Positions 1 to 60,330 of a stretch of DNA of 64,000 nt are shown piece by piece. Each line of letters opens with the position of its first letter. Within the stretch, counting starts at the first letter, position 1. The position numbers and the translations under genes were made by a program. This DNA is from Tubiluchus corallicola. Taxonomy: Eukaryota > Animalia > Priapulida. The notes under the pieces are model-generated. The model was not told the DNA's origin. It made no database searches and saw nothing but the letters and a program-made list of their open reading frames with translations. The DNA is taken from NCBI GenBank assembly GCA_030141605.1, contig JAQGDQ010000001.1:1116001-1180000 (forward strand), given 5' to 3'.

Positions 1-1093
1 TTTCCCATTAAATAAATTAGGCAGTACTTGACTACTTGCTAGAGTTAGCATTAGCAGCCCGGAATCCCTAGATTGCAGAAAGCATTAATGGAATTAGGGC
101 TGGAATTAGAGATGAAAGTTTTGGTGCAAGCTTTTTAGTTACCAAAAAAAAAATTAGCTTTAGAGTTATTAGCAAGTAAAGTAAAAAAGATACTCCTTAA
201 AGGAAAAAAATCTATAAATTCTCACAGTAGAGGCTAATATAACTAAATGCAGTAAAATGCATCAGCAGAAAATCCAATATTAGGCTTTGGGTTCCAAAAA
301 TATCTCTAAATCAGCAAATATGACAGTTTCAAAGTAAGTAAATAACAAGATATCAAAGAGCTAACAAAACCTGAATGGAAAAATTAGTGTATCTCAACTA
401 CATAAAATTCTAAATTTCGGTAGCTAAAAGGTCTTTAAAATGTAGGAAGAGATTGATTTTCGGTGCTCTGCCCCAAGACACCACTAGTTTACAGAGTTTC
501 CCCAGACACCCTAGCTGTTTTTAAATCCTTTCACAATTTCTGGCTAAACCCTGCTTAGAATATGTGTATCTTGCATAGATTTATTTGTTTACTGTTTTCT
601 TTTTGAAAATAGCAACTTGGATTTTCCCATTTTTAACAAAATCATAATCTTTATAATGTGTCAAATTTTATAAACAAAAAAATTCAATGCTAAAAAATGT
701 ATAGACAAAAAACTGCCAAGCTGTTAATAAAGTGCAGGAAACAAAACTATGCATTATTTGCATCATATTACTAACAGTCAGTCTATGCCTATTGCAAAAA
801 GGATGTTTCCTTGTTTGCATAATACATTAATGCAGACTCCTGCAAGCAGTTTTAATGGTATACATATGGCGGCATTAATAATGCAAATATACTTTGTGAG
901 CTCGTTTCTTTTGCAGCATGGAATACATCAAACATCATTAGTTCTCTTCAGCAATTTGAAACCAGTGCAGGTAACTATATATAGGTAGTAGACGTCCATT
1001 ACAGTAGCAAAATGCGATGCAGATTAGGTGGAAAATTCGATCATTTACAATTTTACGTGTTCTATTATAAAGACCTTAAAACAAATTATTTAC

Positions 1094-23858
<22,765 letters not shown>

Positions 23859-25083
23859 TCTCACCACGTTCTACACTAAACCAAGGTTCACTTTAAATTA
23901 AACGTGCACTGTACATAAAGCAAATACACAGCCTTGCAGCTGATAAGCCGCATAATCCTTATGCAACCACGTGAAATGAATAATTCCACATAAAGCTTTA
24001 CTTTTAGTCAGTCAACTGCACATAAAAAACCCGAAAGGTGCACGGATGCCTACGTACCTGCTACAGTGACGATTACACCTTATCCACGCGGTAAACTCAT
24101 GGTTAAAACGACCTGCAAATTCAACGTCCGTGACACTACATTCGCAGCGATCGATTTGTTTTTCTCAAGCTTTACATTAAACGTCAATGTTCTACAAGAA
24201 CTAAGCTTGCATCATGACAGCAAAATTAATGTAACACATCACCAAGTCTTGTACATACCACCAAGATAAATGCGTGTAATAACAAGCGTACTGAGAAAGA
24301 GCTCTAACCAAATCAGCACACCACACGAGCTTACTAGTATGCTATACTGTACCTAACTCGCAATAAACAAATTCGCTCAATTACTCAATAAAGCATTCGC
24401 TACAGTTACTTGCACACATGAATAAGACCTTAGAACTTGGCAGATCTGTTGGGGTTAATGCACACCTAAGCGTATTGGAAATATACCAGCCAACTCAACA
24501 AGAATCGGTGTCGATCGATAAACTGCAAGCAGAGAATGTAGTTACCCAATAGTCTGAGAGCAAAGCTGACTAATATATCTTAATTTGTGACACACACACA
24601 CACATACGCCGTCAGAAATCCAATTTTCAACGCTCCAAGAATTACCTTTTATTACATGCTATGCGGCATTGTTGTATCACTGCACGCAATTAATTAAGAA
24701 GTAAATTACGATCACAGTGAACTATAATAACGCATGAAACGATTCGAAGCGTCTCCTCTTGCATCCAGTAATTTATTCATGTGTGAAGACTGAACTGAGA
24801 GCTCTGTAACGGTAAGCCGCTTATACATGCTCATTAGGCCTAGCACCCGCTCAATAAAACAGCACAAAGGCGTTCACTTCAGGCGTTGACAAATGTGTAA
24901 ACCCAAGACCTTACGGCAAGCCCGAATAAATTTAATTATTTGCCCAACTCAAGGGGCATTTTAATAATTAAATTTTAGTGAAATTTCTCTTTCATCATAA
25001 CTTCCTAAACACAATTCCTAAAAATTAACTAGACTTATACAATTATATTCTGCTCATTTAGTAAAATCTTCAAGTAAAGTATA

Positions 25084-25116
25084 CTCGGCTTTTCGGCTAC
25101 GATCAAAATATGTAGT
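25084..25116 (+). pseudogene. Degenerate 5' fragment of U2 snRNA
   Basis: ctcggcttttcggctacgatcaaaatatgtagt resembles U2 5' end CTCGGCCTTTTGGCTAAGATCAAGTGTAGT; nothing U2-like follows. Confidence 0.55.
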
Positions 25117-25996
25117 GGTGGATTAATGAACGTTTATTAATATTAACGCATGATAAAATGAATACATGATGGCGATGGTAATCATTCAACTATTCGTTAC
25201 AAGTCTGTCCAGTTACTCAGTCAGTCGAACCAGCCATTCAGTAGTTACTAGCTAGTCGATAAGGTATACTCATGCTCATACGCGAGTCAGTCAGTGAAGT
25301 TAATAAATTTTTCAGGCAACGCAGCTGTTCACTTTACAGAATAGCATGTTGGGCTATTTGGCCACTCATTTGCTAGCAAAAGAGATTAGGGAGAAAATAA
25401 TTTTGTCAGTAATTCCTGCGAACCAGCTTCATAAAAGACTTGTGCAAAATTGTAAAATCATTTGCAAACATTTAACGCTAACATACATTCTTCCACCCCT
25501 GGGATTCTGTTGATTTCAAAGATCTGGATGTTTTCCATTTTACTTTTGTAGCATTTGTTTATTCATTAAAACGATAGAACTGAATAGTATTACTTCATCT
25601 GGATTTACTCAGGCTTGAGCTCTATCAATAATGTAAGAATGAACATTGTAATTTACAAAGCAATTATTTATAAATTCGATCCAGTCTGGGTCCACCAAAA
25701 CGAACATCATATTCCACCCTTTAGAGTACATTCACACAAAAGCATGGACACGCCACGTCAATGAGTTCTAAGGAGCTTCTCCACATAAACAGATAAAACT
25801 TCTCATTAACTAATACTAACTTTCCTGTCTTCTCTTGTGAAATGAGTGTTTTATCTCTCAGGTCTATTTAAATGTGTTCAACTTTTGTCTAACGAGTTTT
25901 ACAAATGAAAGTTTTAAATCATCATGTACCAAACAATCTGCATAACATTATATAATATTAACAAAAAGAAAAATCGCAAAAAAGTATTACAAAAAA

Positions 25997-26002
25997 TTTA
26001 TT
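25997..26002 (-). terminator. Candidate AATAAA poly(A) signal of TNRC18/BAHCC1
   Basis: AATAAA followed by a U-rich tract at the end of a 3.3-kb UTR-like region; another AATAAA at 26501-26506. Confidence 0.3.
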
Positions 26003-29000
26003 TTAACCACATTTTAATGTTTTACAGAAAAATTTTGATGCTTAATGTGCAGAGAATGTACAACACTTACAGACACCAGACTTAAGTATACAGCCTTGAA
26101 ATATCATTTACAACGTAACGTCTAATTAAAGAAAGTGTTCTTGATGATTTTGTTCAAGCCAATGAATACATGAATAAATTCTGTAGTATACTACAGATTT
26201 TTTTGGGCATATAATATAAGGTTTAAACTTACTAATACTGTCAGGTGAAAAAAAAGCTTTCAGATTAAATGATAAATTTGCAAAAATCAAATTGTTTTGA
26301 TAAGTTACGTAAATTTACAAAATCGGATTGTTTTAATAAGTCAGGCAAACCGACACAAATGTTGAAAACAAAACAAAATGCAAAGGAATTAGCTTTTGAT
26401 GAGCTGTTAATGCAACTTTAGAGAGCAAAAAAGTGGCAGAGACACGAAAGATAAAATAAACTTCTGCATACTTTTTATGATTGGTCTGAAGCAGTCTCCA
26501 TTTATTATTGGCATGTCTACATATACACAGTTGCAGCAATGCTGATGACAACAACTGCTATTTTTATCCCAGTAAGTAAATACTTTAATGCACATTTTTG
26601 TGTATCTAATCATAGTCTCTACATCAGCTGAGAAGTTTTGGAAGCTGTTGCAAAAGATCAGTGTTAAACACAACTTATTAAAAGAAATCCTCAAACTTTT
26701 TCTCTACAACACAAAAATGATTGCTCTGCTAGTAAGGGCAAATAATGTCAGCTAAACAAGAACACACAGAACATTACGCTGTCCAAGTTTTTGCAAGAAA
26801 ACACTAACTTTTGAAAATAAAATAAAAGAATACAGTTTAAAAATATATTTCTATCTCTAAAATAGTCACATGTACAACATAATTATTTATACGCATAAGT
26901 AATTATGTGCTATTTACATTTTAACGTGATTTAAAAAGCAAAGTACATACAACCACTATCAATGTTCACCAATTCAATTTTCATCATACTATACTGTTCA
27001 GAAAAAAATTGAAAGTTCTTAAAGTTCACTGACTGAAGTGGCATGTATTTTACAAAATATATACACAAACACTGATATTTCCCATCACTACCACACATAA
27101 TCCAACATGCAGTATAGTCAAATTTGATACCCAGGAACTTGAAAAACTCATATAAAAAACTTGCATACTTCTCTTTACAAAAAATAAGCAATTTCAATAA
27201 ATCACAGAGCCTTGATTTCATTAACCATTAATTTTACATCCAATTACCATATTCAGTAATTGCAACCAACAAGTTACGACCAATCAACATCAATACAGAA
27301 CAGAAATGTATGCATTATCAGCCTACCACAACAGTCAGTTTTTCAGTTTTCAATGCAGCTGTGGTGTTCCAACAAAAGTGAAATGCCGGCTATTTCAGAA
27401 TATCATAATTACTTAACAGAAATAATAATACTATAGAGAATAAATCTAAATTAACATTATGTATATACACACATTAATCATGGTGTGTGACTATGCAATG
27501 TAAAACATGAAAATACATTTTCAGTTTTCTATTATCTAACCAAAATCTGATTATCACATAAATAACACCTACAAATGCCATGCACTTTTCAGGTTTCCTT
27601 CAATCAGTGTCAACCAGTTTCACTGTATTAAAAATATGCCACAGCATCAGGTGTGCCAGTCAATAACACTAACCGATATGCAGTTATTAAAACAAGTTAT
27701 TTTTACTGTATTGTTTTTCAGAAATAGTTCTACGTCTGGCAAGTGTTTATCAGGCAGCACTACTGCTTATTGTGATTATGATAACTGATAGCTGCAAATC
27801 AATGCATATGCAAGTAAAAAGTTAAATTTCAATATCAAGAATTATTACTGCAAACTACCTCTAGGCTTTTCAACCCAACAAAAATAAAAACTAAAGGCTT
27901 GCACTACAACTAAAACCACAATCTATGCTAGGATTTTCCTTAAAACATTTATAAAAATAATAATACTTTACTGCAGCTCCAATCACGTAAACATAACAAC
28001 ACCATGAATGCATATTGCACAAGCTCCAAATGCTATTACTAAAAGCAGCACAAAAACTTAGAGAAGCGTTATCAACAAAGTAGGATCCTGCGACGTAAGT
28101 TATGCATAACACTAACACAATAAAGTTGTGAGCTGCTAAAAATGAAAAAACCAAGATCTTAATTAGTATACAGATCTGCAATAAAAATACGACATTACCC
28201 TACAATGTAATACTCTAACCAAACTACAAGGCACTCTTTCTTAATTTTGCAAATTTTATCTATTTTACATTTTGATCAATTTAAAATTCTAGAAGTTTAT
28301 TCTACTGCAGTACACACTAGTCTGCATGTTCTCCTGCCTGAAGAAAATGTCTCTCAGGCTATATTTTGTCCAATTTTGGAAATAAAAAAATTAATTTTCT
28401 CTTATATTCAATGTTGTTCTTTCAATTGAAAATGATCAATTATCAGATTGCATGGAATTACATAAAACATACAAACAGTAATTGACTTCTCGCATAATAA
28501 ACAAGCAAATGCAGTAAACACTGTCAATGAGATTCAAAAATTTCTCCATGGCTCATTTATGCTGAAGCTAATAATATTTATGAAAGACTTTCAAAATTTT
28601 TACATTTCTACGCCTCAGTTTTCATTATCATAATCACTCATAGCAATGTCAAAAAGATAAAATATTAAAGGTATAGTACACAGAGATATAGCCATAATAA
28701 AAAATCAAATAGTGTTTGATGCCACCATTAAATCTGAATTTAAATCTCACAGGGCTAGTCAATTAGGAATTGATGTAAAAAAATCACAAAGCATCGAAAG
28801 CGCCTATATTCCATGATCATGTTATACCAGTAAGTAATTAGTAACAGATTCTTATATTTTCAATTACTATAAAATAAAGTAAAACTAAAAAATTGTCATT
28901 AATAATGAATCACTGCACTTCATATTTAATTAAAAAGTACAGGTCACAGGATTAAGGGCACGAATAAGTCAAAGACTTTGCTGATGCAAGGACTAACGCT

Positions 29001-29261
29001 TGTGAAACAGTTACACCTTTACTGAAAATTTAAATGACTAGGTGTAGGCGTGACAAATTTCAGATTGAGCACTTCAGAAGCAACTAGAATATCTGAAAGC
29101 CGTAACCATAAGGTGAAAACAAAATTGAATACTTGACACACAGTGTAAAGACATAATGTTTTTTGGTATAATGTAATTAATATTCAACTGTATACATAGC
29201 TGCATGGCAAAAAATAGCTTACAAACTGATATAGATGTTTACATTTAACGCAATAAACACC

Positions 29262-52936
<23,675 letters not shown>

Positions 52937-55599
52937 GCCGTGGTAAGATTAACAGTACATCAAAGACAAAGAGACTTTCGCATTGAATAGGCCATGCAGT
53001 ACTGCTTGGAAGGCAGCCTTTGGCTGTAAATTGCCCGCCAATGTCAGAGCAAGAATTCCAGATCAAAAACATACAAGAGCTTTTATGATTTTTGTTCTTT
53101 ACTTAGTCTGTCATTTTTTAAAGTTTTCACTTATAATGCTAACATTTTCCAACAAACTCTCACCAATTTCCAATTGACCTAAAATGCAGAAAAAATTCAA
53201 GACTTTGATATACATATTTAAAAAACAATTTTGTCTATTCAAACTATTGCTAATTTGTAAACATTCCATGTACTTCTTAATTAATGAAACTACAGTAGCA
53301 ATCATATGTTGAGGTCAGCACGTTGTAAGCTAATAGATAAGGCTGAACGACAGTGCTTTCTATGCACCTAATATTATGAAAACAAGTCAAAGAAATTTTA
53401 GTAGCAAACTTTTTCAACCTTTTTGTTTGTATGCAGAAACTAAAACTAAATAAAATAACTAAAAACCATTTTAAAATTACTGAAAATTCATATGTAACAT
53501 GAAATAAACTAGTGATTAAAAATAACATTTGGCAATATAATGATTACAATAAACAGGATTGAAAAGTAACCCATCATAAGGTCTTCAGGCACACAAAATA
53601 AAGTGCTATTGGAAAGTTACATTTCTATGTCTTACTATTTCAAGATAAATAACTTGACCGAATTTTAGTCACCATTTCAGAGTGCTACTAATGTGTTTTG
53701 GGAAATCCTAAATACTGTAAATAATAACTGATACCACGCACTGGCAATGTTCGTTTCTGAAAGCTGTTCACGTGAATAATATTCACTTAGTAACATAAAT
53801 ACACATGGTAATCACTCCTTGCGAAACAGTAAGAACTTCATAGTTATGAAAACAGATGAGTAATTGTCACGAGCATCAAAATGAAAAGCAACTTGAATGT
53901 GCGCCAGCGCCACGCTGCGATGAACTCACAAAACGTGACTCATGCTCTACGAACTTTAGACTTACCACATATTATCGCATCAAAAACGCAAAATTTACGT
54001 GATACAGAGTAATTGCAAGTTCACTTTAGGTATATACATAAAAAGGAAAATATGTTAAAATTAATTTTACGCAAAATTACTTAATTTTTATAGAGTGATA
54101 ATTTCGAGATACGTACTGACAAAACAATTGACGTTGAAAATGTTTCTCATGGAATCTTTTTTTTCGTTGCGAGAATAGTTTTCTTTTTGACGAGGCACAA
54201 ACACCGAGGTCACGAGTAACCAAGACTCTCTCACTCAGTGGTCGGTTTAGCACAACCTTGAGTACAACAAACTTAGAAATATCACGTGTCGTATTGTTGA
54301 TGCCCAAATGAAATCGCACGTCGAAAAACAATAATTGTGAATGCTCTAGAATTTTATTTATCGTGCAGATTGCACACATGATAATGGTTTTTGTTACTAG
54401 AATCTTAAGAATCAGGATTATTATTCATGATATTAGAAATCCTCCATTATTATTAATAAAATGTTGATACCAAGCTTGAAGGACAGAAAACATGAAATTT
54501 GGCGTGCAGCCTCATTTGAATTAGAAACCTTCAGTAACACTGCACTGACTTTATGTCATTAATTTTGGACACAGTGTCTCCCAACGGTTAAAGTGCAATT
54601 CAAAGTTTATCGCTTAATAGTATAGCTAGCCAGCCACTTTCAGCATTTCCAATGTTAAACCACTCACACTAGAGTGATTCTAATATTTAGATTAATTTTT
54701 TAAAGTTTCAAAAGTTTTCAGGAAACACGAATATTTCTCATGCTATTATTTCAAATTTTTCTATTGGTCAGTCAAAAGGACATCAATGTACATCTGGAAA
54801 TCATTTATATCAGATTATTTTACCTTAGAACTTAGGTTAATTTTAGCCGAAAATTTAAAATTTGCCCAGGACATAGCTGACATGTACTAGAACTGTAAGT
54901 GGTCAAAGTGAAGGTTGGCGTTCGATTACGGAAGAGTAATACAGTTTTATTCTGCAAGTTTTCCTTTTTTCCAATATTTTTAAAAGTTGTAAGCCTAATT
55001 GCCTGGAATTTGTCAGTAGATATTTAACTAGCTAATCAACATACGCTCGTACTTTTACAAAAAGCCAGACTATAGAAGCCACTGTATTTTGGCTCTTTAC
55101 TGTCGTCCAGCCCTGACAAATTATTGTTCAGCTATGTGTAATTTAGTTGCGATATTTTGCCGTGTACCTGTATTTCTTTTCTGTGTAGTTAAGGTGGTGT
55201 GCACAACATCTCCTGTACTGCTGGCTTTGATACATGAATCAACCAATCGACATCATCTTAACTTGAAATGAATGGTGATCTTTTTTCCTACGCACGGTTG
55301 GTCATGACACGATTCAAGCAGTCAGTCAAGTTCAAAATGAAGGACAAGTCACTTAGCACGTTGAGTTTATTTGCTTGTCACCACTTAAACTTAAAAATAT
55401 AACAGAGAAACCTGGAAAAAACTACCTATTAAATGTAAAATTAATTTATACTACCACGGTATAGAAAACTATGACGTAACTGGTGGCTTCGTAACTTTTT
55501 GTAATCACATTGTGACTTTCCATATGTGCGTGTTGCTTAAAGGAAGACAGGCTGATTTTTCATATACTATCCCATTTTCAACTACGACAAGAAGTATAT

Positions 55600-56160
55600 A
55601 TTTTAGCGCAATTAATACAGCAAAAGCGTTTCTGATAAATAAACAATAGATTAAAATCTTAATCAATGGCGGGCGACCCCAATTATTGATGACATCACAA
55701 ACTAACAGTTTTTAACAGCAAAAATATTCCACGAACGTGTTGCGCATGTTTGCGAAAGCGAAAATTGAAGTACAATGCTACTGTAAGATAGTGTGTTGTA
55801 CTAAAACCAGGCAAGTTTTAAGATAAAAATTCAAATATCAAATTTACCGCTGTGTTCACGCATGAGCTGTCAAACGTGTGTACTTCGTCACAAATTAACA
55901 CATCTGAACTGAGAAATACAACATCTGTTTTTTTACAATGCGCTTCCGAAATGCAGGCGCTAGTACCCGTCTAATTAGCGATTGGAGAAATACATGTAAC
56001 AGTATAGAACTTATGGTACAAACGTGAAATTCTGTTTGTGTGGTGATAATTCTTTCACCTAAGTCCTTTTTAAAAAAATAGGGTGCTTCCTTTCAATATT
56101 TTAAAGAGTAGATTGCTTTGACCTACAGTTTAAGGTTGGGTTCGGTTTTGCTTTAAATTA
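55600..56160. repeat. Interspersed ~550-bp repeat, copy C
   Basis: Inverted copy of 34615-35160. Confidence 0.85.
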
Positions 56161-56938
56161 ATTTACACTTCTCCCGGTTACCTAATGTTCATGCACAAGT
56201 ATGACAAAATTAGCCATCTTATTTTTTGTAAAAACTTATTTTTGCTTTTGGCAGAAATAGACAATGTGCTACATTTCTTCAGTCGATGAATGACGTCTCT
56301 GGTGAAAGATTGGGCGTTGAAAATAGGAGCGTGCAAACGTAAAAATAATGATGGCGATTCGCGACTTTAATAAAGTGATTTTACTAATTACGCGATGCGC
56401 TTATCCCACTTTACCAATAAATAAAGTGCGATACACAAATAAATAAATTTCTTGCTAAATCTTTCTAGCATTTTAGCGCACATTGAAATAAGCCTAGCTT
56501 CCCAGATAACAAAGCCTCTAGCTGATATCGACAATGATATTCTAAAATACATGAAAGAAACAAACACGAACTCCTACATTTCCCATGAGTGGTACAATCG
56601 TTTACAAAATCGGCGACAATTCGCAGTCAGCAAACGATTCGTTGAATCATGTGATATCTTATGCACCACGTGATCAGAGTCTTCGCGCATATAAAACGAA
56701 TATTGAAACATCGGCTATCAGTTTCTTAACAGGGCAGGGCAAAGTGCGTAACTTTTTGTTCAGATTGGGATATTATTATAGGTAATGAACTGGTTTGCTG
56801 GTCTGTTTTCCTTTAATTCATTTCTACACGTCGAGTTTGAACACAAAATGAAACTGCAATTACGTATATTTTCGAGGGAATGCCCTGCGAACCCTACCCT
56901 GGAAAATTTTGAGCGAGAGTTCAGGCCGTTACACATGC

Positions 56939-56969
<31 letters not shown>

Positions 56970-58072
56970 ATAGTATTAAAATTCACATTTAGTTTAAAAT
57001 TGAACATTTTATGGTTTTAGTGTGTGCTCAGTGCTACAGTACGACATCGCCTACATCGTCAAAATGTAAGGTAAATGCCGTAAATTTGAAATCTGAATTT
57101 TTCGCATGTTTAAGTAACAGTGTTTGTGTCTCAAAATTCTGGACAAATAAATATAATGATAATGATTACAATGAGCTCGAGTTAACAGCAGCGACTGGCA
57201 GCCACTCTCCCACCGCCCCACCCCAGACATTACGCTGGGAGTTACCAAACCTGATTAAGGTCATTATGAAAACCATTGACAAAATAAAATTAAGAATCTC
57301 TTTCGGAAATTCAAAACTTTTCTTCGTAAGATGGTCCTTAAATACATGCCTCTTTATTAATTCATGGACGAATCCAACTCATGGATTATTACTGATAACT
57401 TAATTAAAGAGAACTATTGTACAAAACTTAAGTGGCGTAGCATGCGGATGTAGATGTGTTTTGGGTGGCTGGAATAAACAAAAATCGGTTTATATTGTTT
57501 TCAATGCGCCCGTTTATACAGCCTGCGTATGCTTTATTCTTTTTCTGCACCTATTTCCCATTGATTTTTTTCCGCAGGCTATTGCGCAGTCGAAAACGCA
57601 TCGGCATGCTATTAAAACACAACTTTATGTAACAATTTTTAGAGAAATTTCAGTGTGATTTATTTGGTCTTTTCAACCAATATGTGTATACATGTTTTTC
57701 CAATATATTGCTTTTACGAAATGAACATCTTACATACTACTACTAATAATAAAATAATATAACCAACAATGTTCTAATCACTGACAGATCCTACGACTTG
57801 CTAGAGTAGTGTAAGCGTTCTTCACGGCACTATTAAGAGTGAAACAAATGCACTACATCGTCTCTTATTTAAAGTATAAAAATCTATATTTTTTGCACTT
57901 ATCAAAGTGGAATTTAACTAAAACGAGGAAAAACCACAAGTATGATTTGACGCTATTCTAATGACTGTGTTTTTTTTATTTTGAAGAATGGCTGTGAATT
58001 TGTGTAGCGATCATCAGCATGCGTGACTAGTGACTTGCAGTGTTATAGGTTATGCAAATATTTAACGCTTAA

Positions 58073-58089
58073 TGACGTCAATGACGTCA
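58073..58089. promoter_or_regulatory. Tandem full CRE palindromes (TGACGTCA-a-TGACGTCA), octamer ATGCAAAT at 58052-58059
   Basis: Motif match only, ~1 kb upstream of the ankyrin ORF. Confidence 0.35.
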
Positions 58090-58754
58090 CACCAGAAATT
58101 CTTTACGTCCTTCGGCGAAAAATGCAGGAACGGTTTTATTGAACAAGCGCGCTGTCGTGAGGAAAGTGTTGTATTGCGCAAGAGTCCCGCCCTGACGTGA
58201 GCTACACCTGCTAATATTTCGAGCATACGTGCCAACTAGAACGTCTGCTTGCATTAATAATAGGTACGCTTGTTTAATAGAGCATTGAAAACGAGTTGAG
58301 CGCACCTTGACGAGCACACATTGGACAACGCATTATCAAAGAGGTGTTGTGTAATACATAGATTTATTATCATACGAGTTTCCGGCAAAACTGGGTTTCT
58401 CTTTTGCGTATGATTATTTTAGCATTTTTCTTTTAGTGAAAGTTTAATCTTATCAGCAAGAAGGAGTCGGTTAGAAACCTGGTAATAATTTATTATTGTA
58501 TATTAGATGATTAGAATAATAATACCGAAGATATGACAAAATGGAAAAAGTAATAGGTTGTTGTCTGACAAAAATAATGAGTGTAAGACTGCTTACGTAA
58601 GTACAAAAATTTTGTAAACTTATTGGCGTGCCATCACTCTGTAGCAGCGCACATATAAAGTATTCATATGCTTTATCATGACGTTTTGCCACAATAAAGG
58701 CGCGAGAAACAATGAATGTGCCATTTTTATTCTAGATAATTGTGTGATGTCGGA

Positions 58755-58786
58755 CGATGATGACAATGACTACAACGACGACGACA

Positions 58787-58818
<32 letters not shown>

Positions 58819-58821
58819 GGT
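58755..58821. repeat. (GAC/GAT)n(GGT)n trinucleotide repeat
   Basis: Direct observation. Confidence 0.9.
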
Positions 58822-59085
58822 AGCAGGTAGAAAAAATATTTAATAACGAGATTTTACCTTGATAGCATTTTGTAATGCTCATTTAAAACATTAACAAAAA
58901 CAGATCCGTTTCTAATAAATTAATTCTTCTTTTTAGGTTTAAAAGTCAAATACTTAGTTTCCAAATGAACTGACGTTAAATGAGCATTGCTGTCACAAAT
59001 TGAAACTTGTGGACTTCGCATATAAACAACCAATTATCTATGACGATGCATAGTTACTAATTGATTTCGGTTTCATTGTTTTATT

Positions 59086-60330
59086 ATGCTAAACGAAGCG
59101 GATTCGTATTTGCTACTTGTGGTCGTATTTAAATTTTTTCAAGAACCGTTACAGAAATTGTCTGAACAGTCATATTCTGTGTTTCTTGCGTGGTTGGCAG
59201 AAACTGCAAGAAATCCAAATTCAATGGAAGTTTTGAGAGCCAGTGAGGCATGGGACATTACTAGACTTCGAAATTTGTTAGCCCAGAATGCTGCAAATGT
59301 TAGGAATTGGGATCAATTGACACCATTACTAAACATAGCCTGGTTTGGTCACTCTAAATTAAATGGAGATTCAAGCAGACGACGTGAGGGACTGGAAGAT
59401 ATTACTGATAGTGACGATAGCGAAATAGATGACTGTGATGTCTTTTCCTTAGCCAGCAGAGGAGACATAGAAAGTCTCGAGAAAATTCTATTCAAAGGCA
59501 GTGATCCTTCACAACAAGACGAACATGGCAAAACTGCCTTACATTATGCTTCTTGGTGGGGGCGGAATAAAGTGGTGTCGACGTTATTAGAGCATGGAGC
59601 TGACCACTCGATACAAGATAAACGTGGGAAGGTGGCCCTTCATCACGCTGCCCTGTGGGGTAGAACAGCAGTCGTCAACAACCTGCTAGAATATGGATCT
59701 GATTCAGCAATTCAAGATCAATATGGCGAAACAGCATTGCATAGCGCTTGTAGGGAAGGTCATCTCGACATTGCTGTTATGCTATTGGAAAAAGGTGCCG
59801 ATCCATCGACGCAGAACAAGTGGGGAAAAACAGCACTCCACCATGCTGCTATGAAAGGTCATATTAACATAACGTCTGCTCTGTTGTCTGGTGGAGCTGA
59901 TCATCTTTTGCTTGATGATGTAGGTCGCACAGCTCTCCATTACGCTGCACTAGAAGGCCATGATGATGTCGTGGAAAACTTACTGGCAAGTGGAGCTAAC
60001 TCCACCATTGAAGATCTTCATCACAGAAGTCCAGTACATCTAGCTATAGAGTACAATCATCCGGTTGTCCTTGGGAAATTCCTTGATGAAGGAGTAAACC
60101 CCAATCAGAAATATAAGAATGGTAGCCTGCTGCACTTCGCAGCTGAACTAAAAAATGTGGAAATTCTCTGCTTGTTGTTGAACCACGGCGCTGATGTTAC
60201 TAACGTAAACGAGGACGGCATCACTGCGCAAGAATTGTGTCAAAAAGTACTAGTGAAGAATGATTCTAATAACCAGTTAAGAGAAGCTATTGGTAAGAGG
60301 CATTTGATAGAACACTCTCCAGGTGTTTGA
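59086..60330 (+). CDS. Ankyrin-repeat protein (~8 full 33-aa repeats plus a degenerate N-terminal repeat), no visible introns
   Basis: 414-aa ORF with repeated G(K/E/R)TALHxA...G...LL..GAD motifs; true start uncertain (possible acceptor ttttttcaag at ~59143). Confidence 0.9.
   Translation: MLNEADSYLLLVVVFKFFQEPLQKLSEQSYSVFLAWLAETARNPNSMEVLRASEAWDITRLRNLLAQNAANVRNWDQLTPLLNIAWFGHSKLNGDSSRRREGLEDITDSDDSEIDDCDVFSLASRGDIESLEKILFKGSDPSQQDEHGKTALHYASWWGRNKVVSTLLEHGADHSIQDKRGKVALHHAALWGRTAVVNNLLEYGSDSAIQDQYGETALHSACREGHLDIAVMLLEKGADPSTQNKWGKTALHHAAMKGHINITSALLSGGADHLLLDDVGRTALHYAALEGHDDVVENLLASGANSTIEDLHHRSPVHLAIEYNHPVVLGKFLDEGVNPNQKYKNGSLLHFAAELKNVEILCLLLNHGADVTNVNEDGITAQELCQKVLVKNDSNNQLREAIGKRHLIEHSPGV

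Noticed and set aside
56452-57658. Several 60-130 aa plus-strand ORFs
   Set aside because: No recognisable domains or consistent splice chain to the ankyrin ORF.
58747-58826. MSDDDDNDY...GGGS mini-exon as first exon of the ankyrin gene
   Set aside because: Phase-2 donor gives stops with both downstream acceptors (~58936, ~59143); it is a trinucleotide repeat.
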